A stretch of DNA of 63,625 bases, counting the filler, from Acidimicrobiia bacterium (GTDB lineage Bacteria > Actinomycetota > Acidimicrobiia > Spongiisociales > JAHEDJ01): assembly GCA_029210695.1 (NCBI GenBank). It is 3 parts of 3 records of this genome, joined end to end, with 100 filler letters (N's around TTAATTAATTAA, not from the genome) between each part and the next. Parts side by side here need not be neighbours in the genome. Positions count along the whole stretch, not along the records: positions 1 to 21,616 come from JARGFH010000058.1; 2 more parts are not named here. One strand, 5' to 3'. The position numbers and the translations under genes were made by a program. Under the pieces are notes generated by a model, which saw nothing but the letters and a program-made list of their open reading frames with translations, did no database searches and was not told the DNA's origin. Positions 1 to 9,529 of this stretch are shown one piece after another; within the stretch, counting starts at the first letter, position 1, and every line of letters begins with the position of its first letter.

Positions 1-111
1 TGTGAGCCGGCAGGCGACCTGCCACGGGAGCGGTTTGGTAATTGGGCCCGAGTTCCGGAGGAACTCGAACCTGCCGGCGTGAGCCGGCAGGCGACTAGCC
101 TCTCTCCGGTT

Positions 112-609
112 ATGGCCATCTTTCCCATCCGCACGTTCGGTGATCCGGTGCTCCGGACGGTGGCGGCGACGGTGGACGAGATCGACGAAGGCGTTAGGCG
201 ACTTGTCGAGGACATGACCGAGACTATGTATGCCGCTCCAGGTGTCGGTCTGGCAGCCCCCCAAATCGGAATTGCCAGGCGGGTGTTCGTTTTCGATTGG
301 GCAGACGGCACCGGCGCCCATGTGATGATCAATCCTGTGATGGTTGAAACATCCGGAGAATGGGAGTTCGAAGAGGGCTGCCTCTCCGTACCGGGCCGAT
401 ATTGGCCGATCCGGCGGGCCGGGTTCGCCAGACTGACCGGTCTCGATCTCGATGGCAACGAGGTCGAATACGCAGGCGATGAGCTTCTAGGGAGGGTATT
501 GCAGCACGAGTTCGATCACCTTCAGGGAACGCTGCTCATCGAGCGGCTCGAACGGAGCGTCCGCAAGGAAGCGCTCCGGGAACTCCGCGACGAGGCACTC
601 GGGCTTTGA
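112..609 (+). CDS. def: Peptide deformylase
   Basis: Motifs GVGLAAPQIG, EGCLSVP, QHEFDHLQG; ATG at 112 gives the typical MAIFPIRTFGDPVLR N-terminus. Confidence 0.97.
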   Translation: MAIFPIRTFGDPVLRTVAATVDEIDEGVRRLVEDMTETMYAAPGVGLAAPQIGIARRVFVFDWADGTGAHVMINPVMVETSGEWEFEEGCLSVPGRYWPIRRAGFARLTGLDLDGNEVEYAGDELLGRVLQHEFDHLQGTLLIERLERSVRKEALRELRDEALGL

Positions 610-1523
610 TCTCATCGATCTTTCTCGGCACCCCGGTCTCGTCGGTGGCTGCGCTCGAGGCAACACTGCGAGTCTCAGACGTTCGCCTGGTCATCACGCG
701 CCCCGACCGCCCGCGCGGGCGTTCGAAGACCCCCCGGCCTTCGCCGGTCAAGGAAGCGGCGACGGCGTTAGACCTATCTGTTGCTCAGCCTGCCAACCGT
801 GCCGAGCTTCTCGAAATCATCGCCCGCCTATCGCCCTTCGATGTCGGCGTGGTGGTGGCGTTCGGCATGATTCTCAATTCGGACGTGCTCAGCATTCCCC
901 GCCGAGGCTATGTCAATGTGCACTTCTCCTTGCTTCCGCGCTGGCGGGGCGCGGCTCCCGTTGAACGTGCAGTCCTGGCGGGTGACGAGGAGAGCGGGGT
1001 CACCCTCATGGCACTGGATCGGGGCCTCGACACGGGTTCCATCATCAGCACTCGTCGTACGGTGGTCTCACCGGTGGAGTCCGCCGGGCAGTTGCTCGAC
1101 CGATTGGCAGGTTTGGGTGCGGGCTTGCTGGAGCGTGATCTGGGACGATACGTGGACGGTTCCCTGCTGGCCACCCCGCAAGGCGAGGAGGGCGTCACCT
1201 ACGCTGAGAAGATCAAGGCGGAGGAGGCAAGGCTGCCACTGATTGCACCGGTTGAAGGAGTCCTACGGCGTATCCGGGCTTTCAATCCGCGGCCCGGTGC
1301 GTTTGGGATGCTCAACGGCAGCCGGTTCAAGGTCTGGGAGGCGGTTCCCTCGGGGACCCAAGGCGTCGAGGTCGGTGAGCTTCGGGTAGTGGACGGGGAG
1401 CTCTGCCTCGGCCTGATGGACGGGGCTGTGACGCTCCACGAAGTGCAAGCCGAAGGCGGCCGCCGGATGACAGGCACCGAGTGGGCGAGAGGTCGTCAAG
1501 GGCCGTTGGGCGTTCTGACGTGA
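606..1523 (+). CDS. fmt: Methionyl-tRNA formyltransferase
   Basis: FLGTP, NVHFSLLPRWRGAAPV, LDTG motifs; follows def. Confidence 0.96.
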   Translation: MISSIFLGTPVSSVAALEATLRVSDVRLVITRPDRPRGRSKTPRPSPVKEAATALDLSVAQPANRAELLEIIARLSPFDVGVVVAFGMILNSDVLSIPRRGYVNVHFSLLPRWRGAAPVERAVLAGDEESGVTLMALDRGLDTGSIISTRRTVVSPVESAGQLLDRLAGLGAGLLERDLGRYVDGSLLATPQGEEGVTYAEKIKAEEARLPLIAPVEGVLRRIRAFNPRPGAFGMLNGSRFKVWEAVPSGTQGVEVGELRVVDGELCLGLMDGAVTLHEVQAEGGRRMTGTEWARGRQGPLGVLT

Positions 1524-2707
1524 AGCCTGGAGTCGCCGCACGACGTGCCGCGGCGACGGCGGTGGGACGAATCCTTCGGAGCGGCGCCTACAGCAATCGG
1601 CTCATTGATGCATCCTCCCTGCAGGGGCCGGATGCAGACCTGTTCCGGTTTCTGACATATACAACTCTCAGGCACCTGGCGCGAATCGATGCGGTCTTGG
1701 AGAGCAATAGCAACAAGTCGGTAGCCTCCCTCGACGCCGATGTGGTCGATGTCCTGCGGGTGGCCGTCGCCGAACTTCTCTACGGACGCGCTCCCGAGCA
1801 CGCCATCGTCGATTCTGCTGTCGAGTCGATCAAGTCGGGGGCTCGTCGCAGAGCGTCGGGATTCGTCAATGGCGTGCTGCGCACGGTGATCCGGACAGGC
1901 CGCGGAGAGGTCGCAGTGCATGATCCGAGAGACGAATACCCCGATTGGCTGGTCGGCCAACTCGACGCCGAGTGGCCGACTCAGGAAGTAACCGCCTTTC
2001 TGACCGCCTCGCTCGGTGACGCTCCACGTCAGGTGCGCGCCAGGCCGGGGAGTGACACCGATGGACTCACTCCGGTGGTCGGGATCGCCGGGGCGTTCGA
2101 GTGGACCGATCATGGAGCGGTGGCCGGCGGATTCGTCGTTCAAGACGCCGCCAGTGTGGCGGTCGGCAACGCAGTTCCCCTCGCGCCGGGCGATCTCGTG
2201 CTAGACATGGCCGCCGCACCTGGAGGGAAAGCAATCCATCTCCTGGACCGCGGGGCCAGAGTGGTGGCCGCCGACAGACACCTACGCCGGGTCCGGGACG
2301 GGAATCGCCGCGCGCCGGGACTGGCGTGGTTGGTCGCCGACGGCCTAGCCGCTCCTTTCAAACCGGACTCCTTCGACCATGTTCTGCTCGACGCCCCTTG
2401 TTCTGGGCTCGGAACCATGAGGCGCCGCCCGGAAGTCCGGTACCGGCTCGACCCTGGCTCTGCTTCGGTGATGGGGGTCCGGCAGCGGCTGCTCCTCGAG
2501 GCGGCGCTGTCACTCGTCAAACCTGGCGGCACCGTCACCTATTCGGTCTGCACCGTTACACCAGAAGAGACCGTTGGAGTCGTCGCCGGTCTCGATGCGG
2601 AAGCGCCTTCCGGAACACCCGGCCGGGCGTGGGGAAACGGCGTGCTATTCGGTCCGCACCTCACGGGGACGGACGGGATGTTCATCAGTGTCGTGAGGCG
2701 GTCATAA
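1520..2707 (+). CDS. rsmB: 16S rRNA m5C methyltransferase RsmB/Sun (NusB-like N-terminus)
   Basis: QDAAS, DMAAAPGGK, LLDAPCSGLG, YSVCT motifs; GTG at 1520 overlaps the fmt stop. Confidence 0.9.
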   Translation: MKPGVAARRAAATAVGRILRSGAYSNRLIDASSLQGPDADLFRFLTYTTLRHLARIDAVLESNSNKSVASLDADVVDVLRVAVAELLYGRAPEHAIVDSAVESIKSGARRRASGFVNGVLRTVIRTGRGEVAVHDPRDEYPDWLVGQLDAEWPTQEVTAFLTASLGDAPRQVRARPGSDTDGLTPVVGIAGAFEWTDHGAVAGGFVVQDAASVAVGNAVPLAPGDLVLDMAAAPGGKAIHLLDRGARVVAADRHLRRVRDGNRRAPGLAWLVADGLAAPFKPDSFDHVLLDAPCSGLGTMRRRPEVRYRLDPGSASVMGVRQRLLLEAALSLVKPGGTVTYSVCTVTPEETVGVVAGLDAEAPSGTPGRAWGNGVLFGPHLTGTDGMFISVVRRS

Positions 2708-2727
2708 CGTCGATACACTCGCCCCAC

Positions 2728-3396
2728 ATGGATCAGGTCAAGATTGCTCCGTCCCTGCTTGCCGCCGACTTCGCCAACCTGGCCGAGGAGGTGGGAAGAA
2801 TCGCGCCGTATGTGGACATGCTGCACCTGGACATCATGGACGGGCACTTCGTTCCGAACATCTCGTTCGGCATGCCGGTCATCGAGTCCCTGCGAACGCA
2901 TACCGATTTGCTCTTCGATTGTCATCTGATGACGACGAATCCCGATGTCTACTTCGACGAGCTGAAACAGGCAGGAGGCGACCTCGCCATGATCCATATC
3001 GAGGCGATCACCGACCCGACCGCAGCCGCGGCCAAGGCACGTCGGATCGGCCTCGGGTTCGGGCTCGTCGTCAACCCCCCTACTCCCTTCGCCGCAATCG
3101 AGCCGTTTGTCGAACTCAGCGACATGGTGTTGATCATGTCGGTGCACCCGGGATTCGGTGGCCAGTCGTTCATCATGGAAGTCCTGCCGAAAATCGAAGC
3201 TGCGCGGAAATGGGTTGATAGGGAGGGCCTGACGGTCGATATACAGATCGACGGGGGTATCAACCCGGAGACCGCTCGCCTGGCCAGGGAGGCCGGGGCG
3301 AATGTGTTCGTTGCCGGCACAGCGATCTTCCGGGCTGATGATCCCGTTGCGGCAGTCACACGACTGCGCCATGCAATCGGCGGGATGGAAATATGA
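2728..3396 (+). CDS. rpe: Ribulose-phosphate 3-epimerase
   Basis: IAPSLLAADF, HLDIMDGHFVPN, MSVHPGFGGQ, IDGGI. Confidence 0.97.
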   Translation: MDQVKIAPSLLAADFANLAEEVGRIAPYVDMLHLDIMDGHFVPNISFGMPVIESLRTHTDLLFDCHLMTTNPDVYFDELKQAGGDLAMIHIEAITDPTAAAAKARRIGLGFGLVVNPPTPFAAIEPFVELSDMVLIMSVHPGFGGQSFIMEVLPKIEAARKWVDREGLTVDIQIDGGINPETARLAREAGANVFVAGTAIFRADDPVAAVTRLRHAIGGMEI

Positions 3397-4322
3397 GTGC
3401 ACGGATTCTGGTCGTCGACGACGACCCGGACATCGTCCAGTTTGTGCGGGTCAACCTCGAGCTTGAGGGCTTCGACGTTGACACAGCCGGCGACGGACAT
3501 CAAGCGATGAGCGCGGCGTTAACGGGTGCGCCCGATGTGGTTGTGCTCGACGTGATGATGCCGGGCATGGATGGGCTGAATGTACTCAAACAGCTCAGGA
3601 GTCATCCTGCCGCCGCCAATACCTCGATCATTCTCCTGACTGCCAAGGCGCTTCCAGAGGACCGGGTGACAGGACTCGACCTCGGAGCCGACGATTACAT
3701 AACCAAGCCGTTCGATATCAACGAGCTCGTTGCCCGGGTGAAGGCGGTTCTTCGTCGCACCAAGGCATTGCGCGATGTGTCGCCTCTGACCGGGCTGCCC
3801 GGCAACTTCCGGATCGCCAGTGAGCTAGAGGCGCGCATCGAGTCCGGCGACGACTTCGCCCTCGTGTACGCGGACCTGGACAACTTCAAGGCGTACAACG
3901 ACCATTACGGGTTCATGCGCGGCGATCAGGTGATCAAGTTCACGGCACACGCCCTCCTCGAAGCGGCCGCAGCCCTTCAAGACCAGACGGCCTTTGTGGG
4001 ACACATCGGTGGTGATGACTTCGTGGCGGTCATTCAGCCCGACCAATCTGAGGACTTCTGCCGGCAGGCGATTTCAGTGTTCGACGATGGCGTTCTCGAC
4101 TACTACGAAACGGCCGACGCGTTGCGCGGCTACATCGAGGTCACAGACCGGCGCGGCGAACGGCATGCCTTTCCGGTCGTCTCGGTGTCTCTCGGCGTCG
4201 CAACCAATACGACCAGGGAAATCACTTCGCAATGGCAAGCTTCTGCCATTGCCGTAGAGATGAAGGAACACGCCAAGCGCGTGTCCGGCTCGAGTTACGA
4301 GATAGATCGCCGGATGGGCTGA
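3393..4322 (+). CDS. Response regulator with receiver and GGDEF (diguanylate cyclase-like) domains
   Basis: N-terminal REC (VVDDD, LDVMMP, GADDYITKPF); C-terminal PLTGLP, DLDNFKAYNDHYG, HIGGDDF. Confidence 0.92.
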   Translation: MSARILVVDDDPDIVQFVRVNLELEGFDVDTAGDGHQAMSAALTGAPDVVVLDVMMPGMDGLNVLKQLRSHPAAANTSIILLTAKALPEDRVTGLDLGADDYITKPFDINELVARVKAVLRRTKALRDVSPLTGLPGNFRIASELEARIESGDDFALVYADLDNFKAYNDHYGFMRGDQVIKFTAHALLEAAAALQDQTAFVGHIGGDDFVAVIQPDQSEDFCRQAISVFDDGVLDYYETADALRGYIEVTDRRGERHAFPVVSVSLGVATNTTREITSQWQASAIAVEMKEHAKRVSGSSYEIDRRMG

Positions 4323-4338
4323 GCTCAGAATCTTTCAA

Positions 4339-4373
4339 GTTCTAGGTTTTAGGTTCTACGTTCCAGGTTCTTT
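4339..4373. repeat. Imperfect heptamer tandem repeat (GTTCTAG-like, 5 units)
   Basis: gttctag gttttag gttctac gttccag gttcttt, just after the GGDEF gene stop. Confidence 0.75.
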
Positions 4374-4490
4374 CGCCCTTTGCAGCGTCGTCGCCGACGG
4401 ACCTGGTTCCCGGCCGCGATTTGCACAACCGTCTGTGCTGTTTGCGCCAGGCGAATGCGCTCTGCGGCGACCGCGGTACAATCGGCTCAA

Positions 4491-4608
4491 GCCCCCTTCA
4501 GGGCAGGGTGCAATTCCCGACCGGCGGTTATAGCCCGCGAACCCTTCGGGGTTGATTCCGGTGGAAGTCCGGAGCCGACGGTGAGAGTCCGGATGGGAGA
4601 AGGAGGGC
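4491..4608 (+). ncRNA. FMN riboswitch (RFN element)
   Basis: Conserved CTTCAGGGCAGGGTGCAATTCCCGACCGGCGGT...AGCCCGCGA...GAGCCGACGGT..AGTCCGGATGGGAGAAG directly upstream of ribD; candidate -10 TACAAT at 4477-4482. Confidence 0.97.
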
Positions 4609-4650
4609 GGGCTTTGCCGCGCGCGCTCCCATTCTCAAAGGAGTAGTTGC

Positions 4651-5700
4651 GTGAGTGAACAGCCGATGGAGCGTGCGATCCGCCTGGCCCGGGGATTTCG
4701 CCCCCACCCCAACCCCCGCGTCGGAGCGGTCGTAGTTGATCCAGCCGGTCGGGTCGTCGGTGAGGGCGCTCATGAGCTTCCGGGACTCCCGCACGCTGAG
4801 GTTATCGCTCTGGCAGGCGCCGGGTCTTTGGCTGCCGGTTCGACGATGTACGTCACCCTCGAGCCCTGCAACCACACCGGGAGGACCGGTCCCTGCGTTT
4901 CGGTCATCGTGAATGCCAATGTCGAGAAGGTCGTGGTCGGCACTCTCGACCCGGACCAACAGGTCTCCGGCGAGGGAATCGCGGCGTTGCGGGCAGCCGG
5001 TATCGAGGTCGAAGTGGATGGTTCCAGCCCGGGTTTGAAAGACCTGGATCCCGGCTACTTCCATCACCGGACCACCGGTCGACCCCGCTTCACTCTCAAG
5101 AGCGCACTCACGCTCGACGGCCAGGTCGCTGCCCACGATGGGACCGCGCAGTGGATAACCGGAGAGGAGGCTCGCCTCGACGGCCATCGACTGCGAGCAG
5201 AATCTGATGCCGTACTGGTCGGTGCGGGAACAGTATTCGCGGACGATCCTCGTCTCGACGTTCGTCTGCCCGGCTACTCCGGCCCGCAGCCGCGGCCGGT
5301 CGTTCTCACCGGACGGCGCACGCTGCCGGAAGCAGCGCAGGTGCTCTCTCGAAACGCACTTGTCGTTGGCACCGGCGAAACGGAGCAACCGGGTGATCTG
5401 CTCATCGTGCCCTCAGACGCGAATGGTCGCCCGGATATCGTGCGCGTGGCCGCCGCCCTCGGGGAGGCAGGTTTGGTCGACGTGATGATCGAAGGCGGGC
5501 CGGCCGTCGCCGGCAGTTTGTGGCGGGCCGGCCTGGTCGATCGCGGGGTCTGGTACATCGCCTCGAGAATCGCCGGGGGCTCCGGTCGCACGGTGTTGGC
5601 CGGTCGGTTCGAAACGCTGGCCGACGCCCGGACGGTCGAGATCATCGAAGTTCGAAAGGTAGGAGCCGACCTCCGGGTCGAGTTCGTGATGGAGGGATGA
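4651..5700 (+). CDS. ribD: Bifunctional pyrimidine deaminase/reductase RibD
   Basis: PNPRVGAV, HAE, TLEPCNHTGRTGPC, QWITG, EGG. Confidence 0.95.
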   Translation: MSEQPMERAIRLARGFRPHPNPRVGAVVVDPAGRVVGEGAHELPGLPHAEVIALAGAGSLAAGSTMYVTLEPCNHTGRTGPCVSVIVNANVEKVVVGTLDPDQQVSGEGIAALRAAGIEVEVDGSSPGLKDLDPGYFHHRTTGRPRFTLKSALTLDGQVAAHDGTAQWITGEEARLDGHRLRAESDAVLVGAGTVFADDPRLDVRLPGYSGPQPRPVVLTGRRTLPEAAQVLSRNALVVGTGETEQPGDLLIVPSDANGRPDIVRVAAALGEAGLVDVMIEGGPAVAGSLWRAGLVDRGVWYIASRIAGGSGRTVLAGRFETLADARTVEIIEVRKVGADLRVEFVMEG

Positions 5701-6290
5701 TGTTCACCGGAATCATTGAGATCATGGGCCGCGTTGTAGCGGCGGACAGGTCCGAGGGAGGTATGCGGCTATCTGTGGGCGCTCCCGGCCTCGCGTTGGA
5801 GGTGGGAGATTCGGTCGCGGTGAACGGCGTATGCCTGACGGCGGTCGAGGCGCGAGAGAGCGAGTTTGATGCCGACCTGGTACTCGAGACACTCGCCAGG
5901 ACGATTCTCGGGGAACTCGACATCGGATCAGGAGTGAACCTCGAACGCCCGATGGCGGCCGACGGCCGTTTCGATGGGCACATCGTCCAGGGTCATGTTG
6001 ACGGCGTAGGGCAGATCGTGTCGGTGGAGGAGGAGGGGAACGGGAGACGGATCAGAGTTCGATCACCTCGGGAACTGTCGAAATACATTGCAAGCAAGGG
6101 ATCGATCGCCCTCGACGGAATCAGCCTGACGGTGGCGGAGGTTGACGGGGACGAGTTCGAAGTCGCCGTCATTCCGCACACGCTCGATATCACCACGCTT
6201 GGTCTGTGCGCCCCCGGTTCCCGCGTAAACCTGGAGGTCGATGTGATTGCCAAATACGTCGAGCGCATGATGTCGGGAGGACGGGAATGA
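5700..6290 (+). CDS. ribE: Riboflavin synthase (alpha chain)
   Basis: MFTGII N-terminus, SVAVNGVCLT, GHIVQGHVD, GSIALDGISLT. Confidence 0.96.
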   Translation: MFTGIIEIMGRVVAADRSEGGMRLSVGAPGLALEVGDSVAVNGVCLTAVEARESEFDADLVLETLARTILGELDIGSGVNLERPMAADGRFDGHIVQGHVDGVGQIVSVEEEGNGRRIRVRSPRELSKYIASKGSIALDGISLTVAEVDGDEFEVAVIPHTLDITTLGLCAPGSRVNLEVDVIAKYVERMMSGGRE

Positions 6291-7513
6291 GCTTCGCCCC
6301 CATCGAAAGTGCCATCGAGGCGATAGCCAACGGCGAGCTGGTAGTCGTGGTCGATGACGCCGATCGGGAGAACGAGGGTGATCTCATCATGGCGGCCGAG
6401 TCGGCTACCCCGGAGCGAGTTGGATTCATGATTCGCCATACGAGCGGGATCATCTGCCTTCCAGCCACCGGTGAACGGTTAGACGAGATGCGGATTCCGA
6501 TGATGGTCTCAGAGAACACCGATCGTCGCAACACCGCCTTCACCGTGTCGATCGACTACACCCATGGCACTACCACAGGTATCTCTCCGGCAGACAGAAC
6601 TGCCACGATCCGGGCATTTGTCGATACCTCGACTCGGGCGGAGGACTTCGGACGACCTGGTCACGTGTTTCCGCTGCGGTACCGACCGGGCGGCGTCCTG
6701 GTGCGGGCAGGACACACCGAGGCCGCAGTCGATCTGGCCCGGCTCGCCGGTTTGTACCCGGCCGCGGCCCTGGCAGAGGTCGTTACCGACGATGGTGAGC
6801 CGGCCCGGCTTCCCTTTCTGACCGAGTTCTCGGCCAAACACGGCATGGTGATGATCTCGATCGCCGATCTCATCGAGTATCGGCGGAGGCATGAGCAGCT
6901 GGTACTCCGATCTTCCGAGGCCCGATTGCCGACCGCCTACGGTGAGTTCCGGGCGGTTGGTTACGAATCGCTGGTCGATGGCCGCGAAAACATAGCCCTG
7001 GTCATGGGCGAGGTCGACGGCAAGCAGAACGTGCTTGTGAGGGTCCATTCGGAATGTCTGACCGGTGACACCTTTGCCAGCCTCCGGTGTGACTGCGGGA
7101 TTCAGCTGAGCGAGGCACTTCGGAGAATCGGAGAGGAAGGGCAGGGGGTTCTGCTCTACATTCGTGGGCACGAAGGGCGTGGGATCGGCCTCGTGCACAA
7201 GCTGGCAGCCTATGCACTGCAGGATCAGGGCCGGGACACCGTCGACGCAAATCTGGAACTTGGATTCCCGGCCGATGCGCGCGATTACGGTGTCGGTGCT
7301 CAGATCTTGAGCGATCTTGGACTCACCACGTTGCGCCTGCTGACCAATAATCCTACCAAACGGGCCGGCATCGAAGGATACGGACTGACCATCACCGAAC
7401 GCGTGCCGCTCGAAACGCTTCCTAACCCGGAGAATCTGGAGTATCTCCGGGCGAAGGTTGCGAAGATGGGCCACCTTCTGAACCTTCCGGAGGTCGACGA
7501 TGCGTCTGCGTGA
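6287..7513 (+). CDS. ribBA: Bifunctional DHBP synthase / GTP cyclohydrolase II
   Basis: DRENEGD, GHTEA, RVHSECLTGD, CDCG, EGRGIGL, LLTNNP. Confidence 0.97.
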   Translation: MSFAPIESAIEAIANGELVVVVDDADRENEGDLIMAAESATPERVGFMIRHTSGIICLPATGERLDEMRIPMMVSENTDRRNTAFTVSIDYTHGTTTGISPADRTATIRAFVDTSTRAEDFGRPGHVFPLRYRPGGVLVRAGHTEAAVDLARLAGLYPAAALAEVVTDDGEPARLPFLTEFSAKHGMVMISIADLIEYRRRHEQLVLRSSEARLPTAYGEFRAVGYESLVDGRENIALVMGEVDGKQNVLVRVHSECLTGDTFASLRCDCGIQLSEALRRIGEEGQGVLLYIRGHEGRGIGLVHKLAAYALQDQGRDTVDANLELGFPADARDYGVGAQILSDLGLTTLRLLTNNPTKRAGIEGYGLTITERVPLETLPNPENLEYLRAKVAKMGHLLNLPEVDDASA

Positions 7514-7958
7514 AATCGAGAGCAGCACCGACGGGGCCGGGCTCAACATCGGGATTGCGGTTTCGACGTTCAACGAGACGATTACCGATGGGCTCCTGGC
7601 CGGAGCATTGAGCACACTTGAGGCAGCCGGAGTCGAGGAGTGCACCGTTGTCCGGGTGCCGGGAGCCCTCGAGCTCGGGCCGGCACTTCTGAGGCTGGCC
7701 CGGAGCGGTCTCGACGCACTTGTTGCAATCGGTGCGGTGATCGAGGGAGAGACCGACCACTACGAGCATGTGGCGACCCAGGCATCGGCCGCCTTCACCC
7801 ACGTGGCGCTGGCAACGGGCATTCCGGTAACGAGTGCGGTCCTGACGGTGCGCGAGTTCAGTCACGCCAGGGATCGGAGCTTGCCGGGTCCCGGCAACAA
7901 AGGGGCAGAAGCCGCCAAGGCCGCGGTGACGATGGTGAACGCATTGCGGCAGATCTGA
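7500..7958 (+). CDS. ribH: 6,7-dimethyl-8-ribityllumazine synthase
   Basis: VPGALE, IEGETDHYE, NKGAEAA. Confidence 0.95.
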   Translation: MRLREIESSTDGAGLNIGIAVSTFNETITDGLLAGALSTLEAAGVEECTVVRVPGALELGPALLRLARSGLDALVAIGAVIEGETDHYEHVATQASAAFTHVALATGIPVTSAVLTVREFSHARDRSLPGPGNKGAEAAKAAVTMVNALRQI

Positions 7959-7974
7959 GCGAGAGAGGTCCAGC

Positions 7975-8027
7975 TCTCGAGTTCCAGGTTGGCTCAGAAC
8001 CTAGAACTCAGAACCTAGAACTCGGGA
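7975..8027. repeat. Heptamer repeat hairpin (TCAGAAC/CTAGAAC units) after ribH
   Basis: tcagaac ctagaac tcagaac ctagaac; upstream cgagttccaggtt is near-complementary to aacctagaactcg. Confidence 0.7.
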
Positions 8028-8044
8028 GCAGCCGGCTCCCCACG

Positions 8045-8072
8045 TTGCCCTTTGCTCCAGGCACCGTATACT
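8045..8072 (+). promoter_or_regulatory. Putative housekeeping sigma promoter of infC-rpmI-rplT
   Basis: TTGCCC-16 nt-TATACT. Confidence 0.55.
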
Positions 8073-8090
8073 GCGCCGGACAATTGAGGA

Positions 8091-8187
8091 GCAAGAGGAG
8101 GCGTGCTGCTTCCCACCCGGCCACGCATGCGTGAGCCGCGGTCGATCACCACGACGAATGCAGCATTCCTTCTGTGCTGCATTTTTC
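8091..8187 (+). promoter_or_regulatory. Putative L20 ribosomal leader with terminator-like hairpin
   Basis: AAGAGGAGGC..TGCTTCCCACC...GGTC resembles the L20 leader; followed by hairpin aatgcagca/tgctgcatt plus T-run; lies upstream of infC-rpmI-rplT. Confidence 0.6.
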
Positions 8188-8206
8188 TCGTAGAGGAGGT
8201 CACGAG

Positions 8207-8947
8207 ATCGCCGAACCACGCGTGAACAACGCAATCAGGGCAAGAGAGGTGCGGGTCGTCGCACCCGACGGCTCGCAGGTCGGAGTGAAGAAGATCGAAG
8301 AAGCGCTCTGGCTGGCCGACCAACTGGGTCTCGACCTGGTGGAGGTCGCTCCGGATGCCAAGCCGCCCGTATGCCGCATGATGGACTACGGCAAGTACAA
8401 ATACGAGCAGTCCGTCAAGCAACGTGAGGCACGCAAGAAGCAGACCAGAACGGTGATCAAAGAGGTCAGGCTTCGTCCACGAATCGGAGAGCACGACTTC
8501 CAGATCGTTCGGAGAAGGGCTCAGGAGTTCTTGTCCGAAGGAGACAAGGTCAAGGTGACGGTGCGGTTCCGGGGTCGTGAGAACGAACGACCGGAGTTAG
8601 GGCACCGACTCGCCGAGCGCCTCTTCGAGGAGCTTCAAGACCTGGCGATCGTCGAGCAATCTGCTCGCAAGGACGGCAGGACCATGACGATGGTCATGGC
8701 TCCAACGAGAAAAGCGCTGGATCTCGCCGCTGCGGCAAAGGAGGGAAAGCCCTCCCATAAGCCCACCGGCAGGGGCCACAAAGAGGTTGTTCCGGTGGTT
8801 GACGAGGTTGTTGACGACGAGGTTGATCTGGTGGTTGACGAGGTTGTTGACGACGAGGTTGATCTGGTGGTTGACGAGGTTGTTGACGACGAACTTGATG
8901 ATGCAATCGATGAGAGTGACACCGACGCGGCAGGCGATGGCGACTGA
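8207..8947 (+). CDS. infC: Translation initiation factor IF-3 (probable ATC start; acidic repetitive C-terminal tail)
   Basis: LDLVEVAP, PPVCRMMDYGKYKYE, KVKVTVRFRGRE; SD AGGAGGT at 8194-8200, 6 nt before an in-frame ATC. Confidence 0.95.
   Translation: MAEPRVNNAIRAREVRVVAPDGSQVGVKKIEEALWLADQLGLDLVEVAPDAKPPVCRMMDYGKYKYEQSVKQREARKKQTRTVIKEVRLRPRIGEHDFQIVRRRAQEFLSEGDKVKVTVRFRGRENERPELGHRLAERLFEELQDLAIVEQSARKDGRTMTMVMAPTRKALDLAAAAKEGKPSHKPTGRGHKEVVPVVDEVVDDEVDLVVDEVVDDEVDLVVDEVVDDELDDAIDESDTDAAGDGD
8795..8892 (+). repeat. 36-bp coding tandem repeat (about 2.7 copies; VVDEVVDDEVDL) in the infC tail
   Basis: gtggttgacgaggttgttgacgacgaggttgatctg at 8795 and 8831, partial copy at 8867. Confidence 0.95.
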
Positions 8948-8959
8948 CGGAGGAATCCC

Positions 8960-9154
8960 ATGCCGAAAATGAAGACACACAAAGGAACCCAGAAGCGGTT
9001 CAAAGTCACAGGATCCGGCAAAGTCCGACGCCGCCAGGCCGGTCGCGGGCATTTGAAGACGGCCAAAGGCGTGAAACGCTACCGTCGTTTGTCCGGTGAA
9101 ACAGACCTGAGTCCGGGCGACGAGAAACGCGTCAACCGACTGCTGGGACGCTAG
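8960..9154 (+). CDS. rpmI: 50S ribosomal protein L35
   Basis: [19 protein letters not shown]. Confidence 0.97.
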   Translation: MPKMKTHKGTQKRFKVTGSGKVRRRQAGRGHLKTAKGVKRYRRLSGETDLSPGDEKRVNRLLGR

Positions 9155-9165
9155 GAGCACGAGTC

Positions 9166-9522
9166 ATGGCACGAGTAAAACGCGCGGTAGGCGGCCACAA
9201 GAAGCGCCGGAAGGTAATGGAGCGGGCCAAGGGGTATACCGGCGCGAGAAGTCGCCGCTATCGCGCCGCCCGTGAGCAGACGATGCACGCGATGCAGGAT
9301 TCCTATCGGGATCGTCGCGCACGCAAGGGGGAGTTCCGCCGTCTCTGGATCAGCCGGATCAACGCAGCTGCCAGACAGAATGGTACGACCTACAGCCAGC
9401 TCATCGCCGGGCTCAAGGCGGCCGAGATCGAGATCGACCGAAAGATGCTGGCCGACATGGCCGTCAACGATCCGGAAGCATTCGGACAACTCGTCGAGGC
9501 AGCAACCGCAGGCACCGACTGA
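9166..9522 (+). CDS. rplT: 50S ribosomal protein L20
   Basis: [31 protein letters not shown]. Confidence 0.98.
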   Translation: MARVKRAVGGHKKRRKVMERAKGYTGARSRRYRAAREQTMHAMQDSYRDRRARKGEFRRLWISRINAAARQNGTTYSQLIAGLKAAEIEIDRKMLADMAVNDPEAFGQLVEAATAGTD

Positions 9523-9529
9523 GGTCACT

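Noticed and set aside
2101..2727. Long N-terminal extensions in the ORF track (rpe here; also ribE, ribBA, brxA, glmS, T4CP)
   Set aside because: They overlap upstream genes or RNA elements; family N-termini and stop/start overlaps point to the downstream starts used above.
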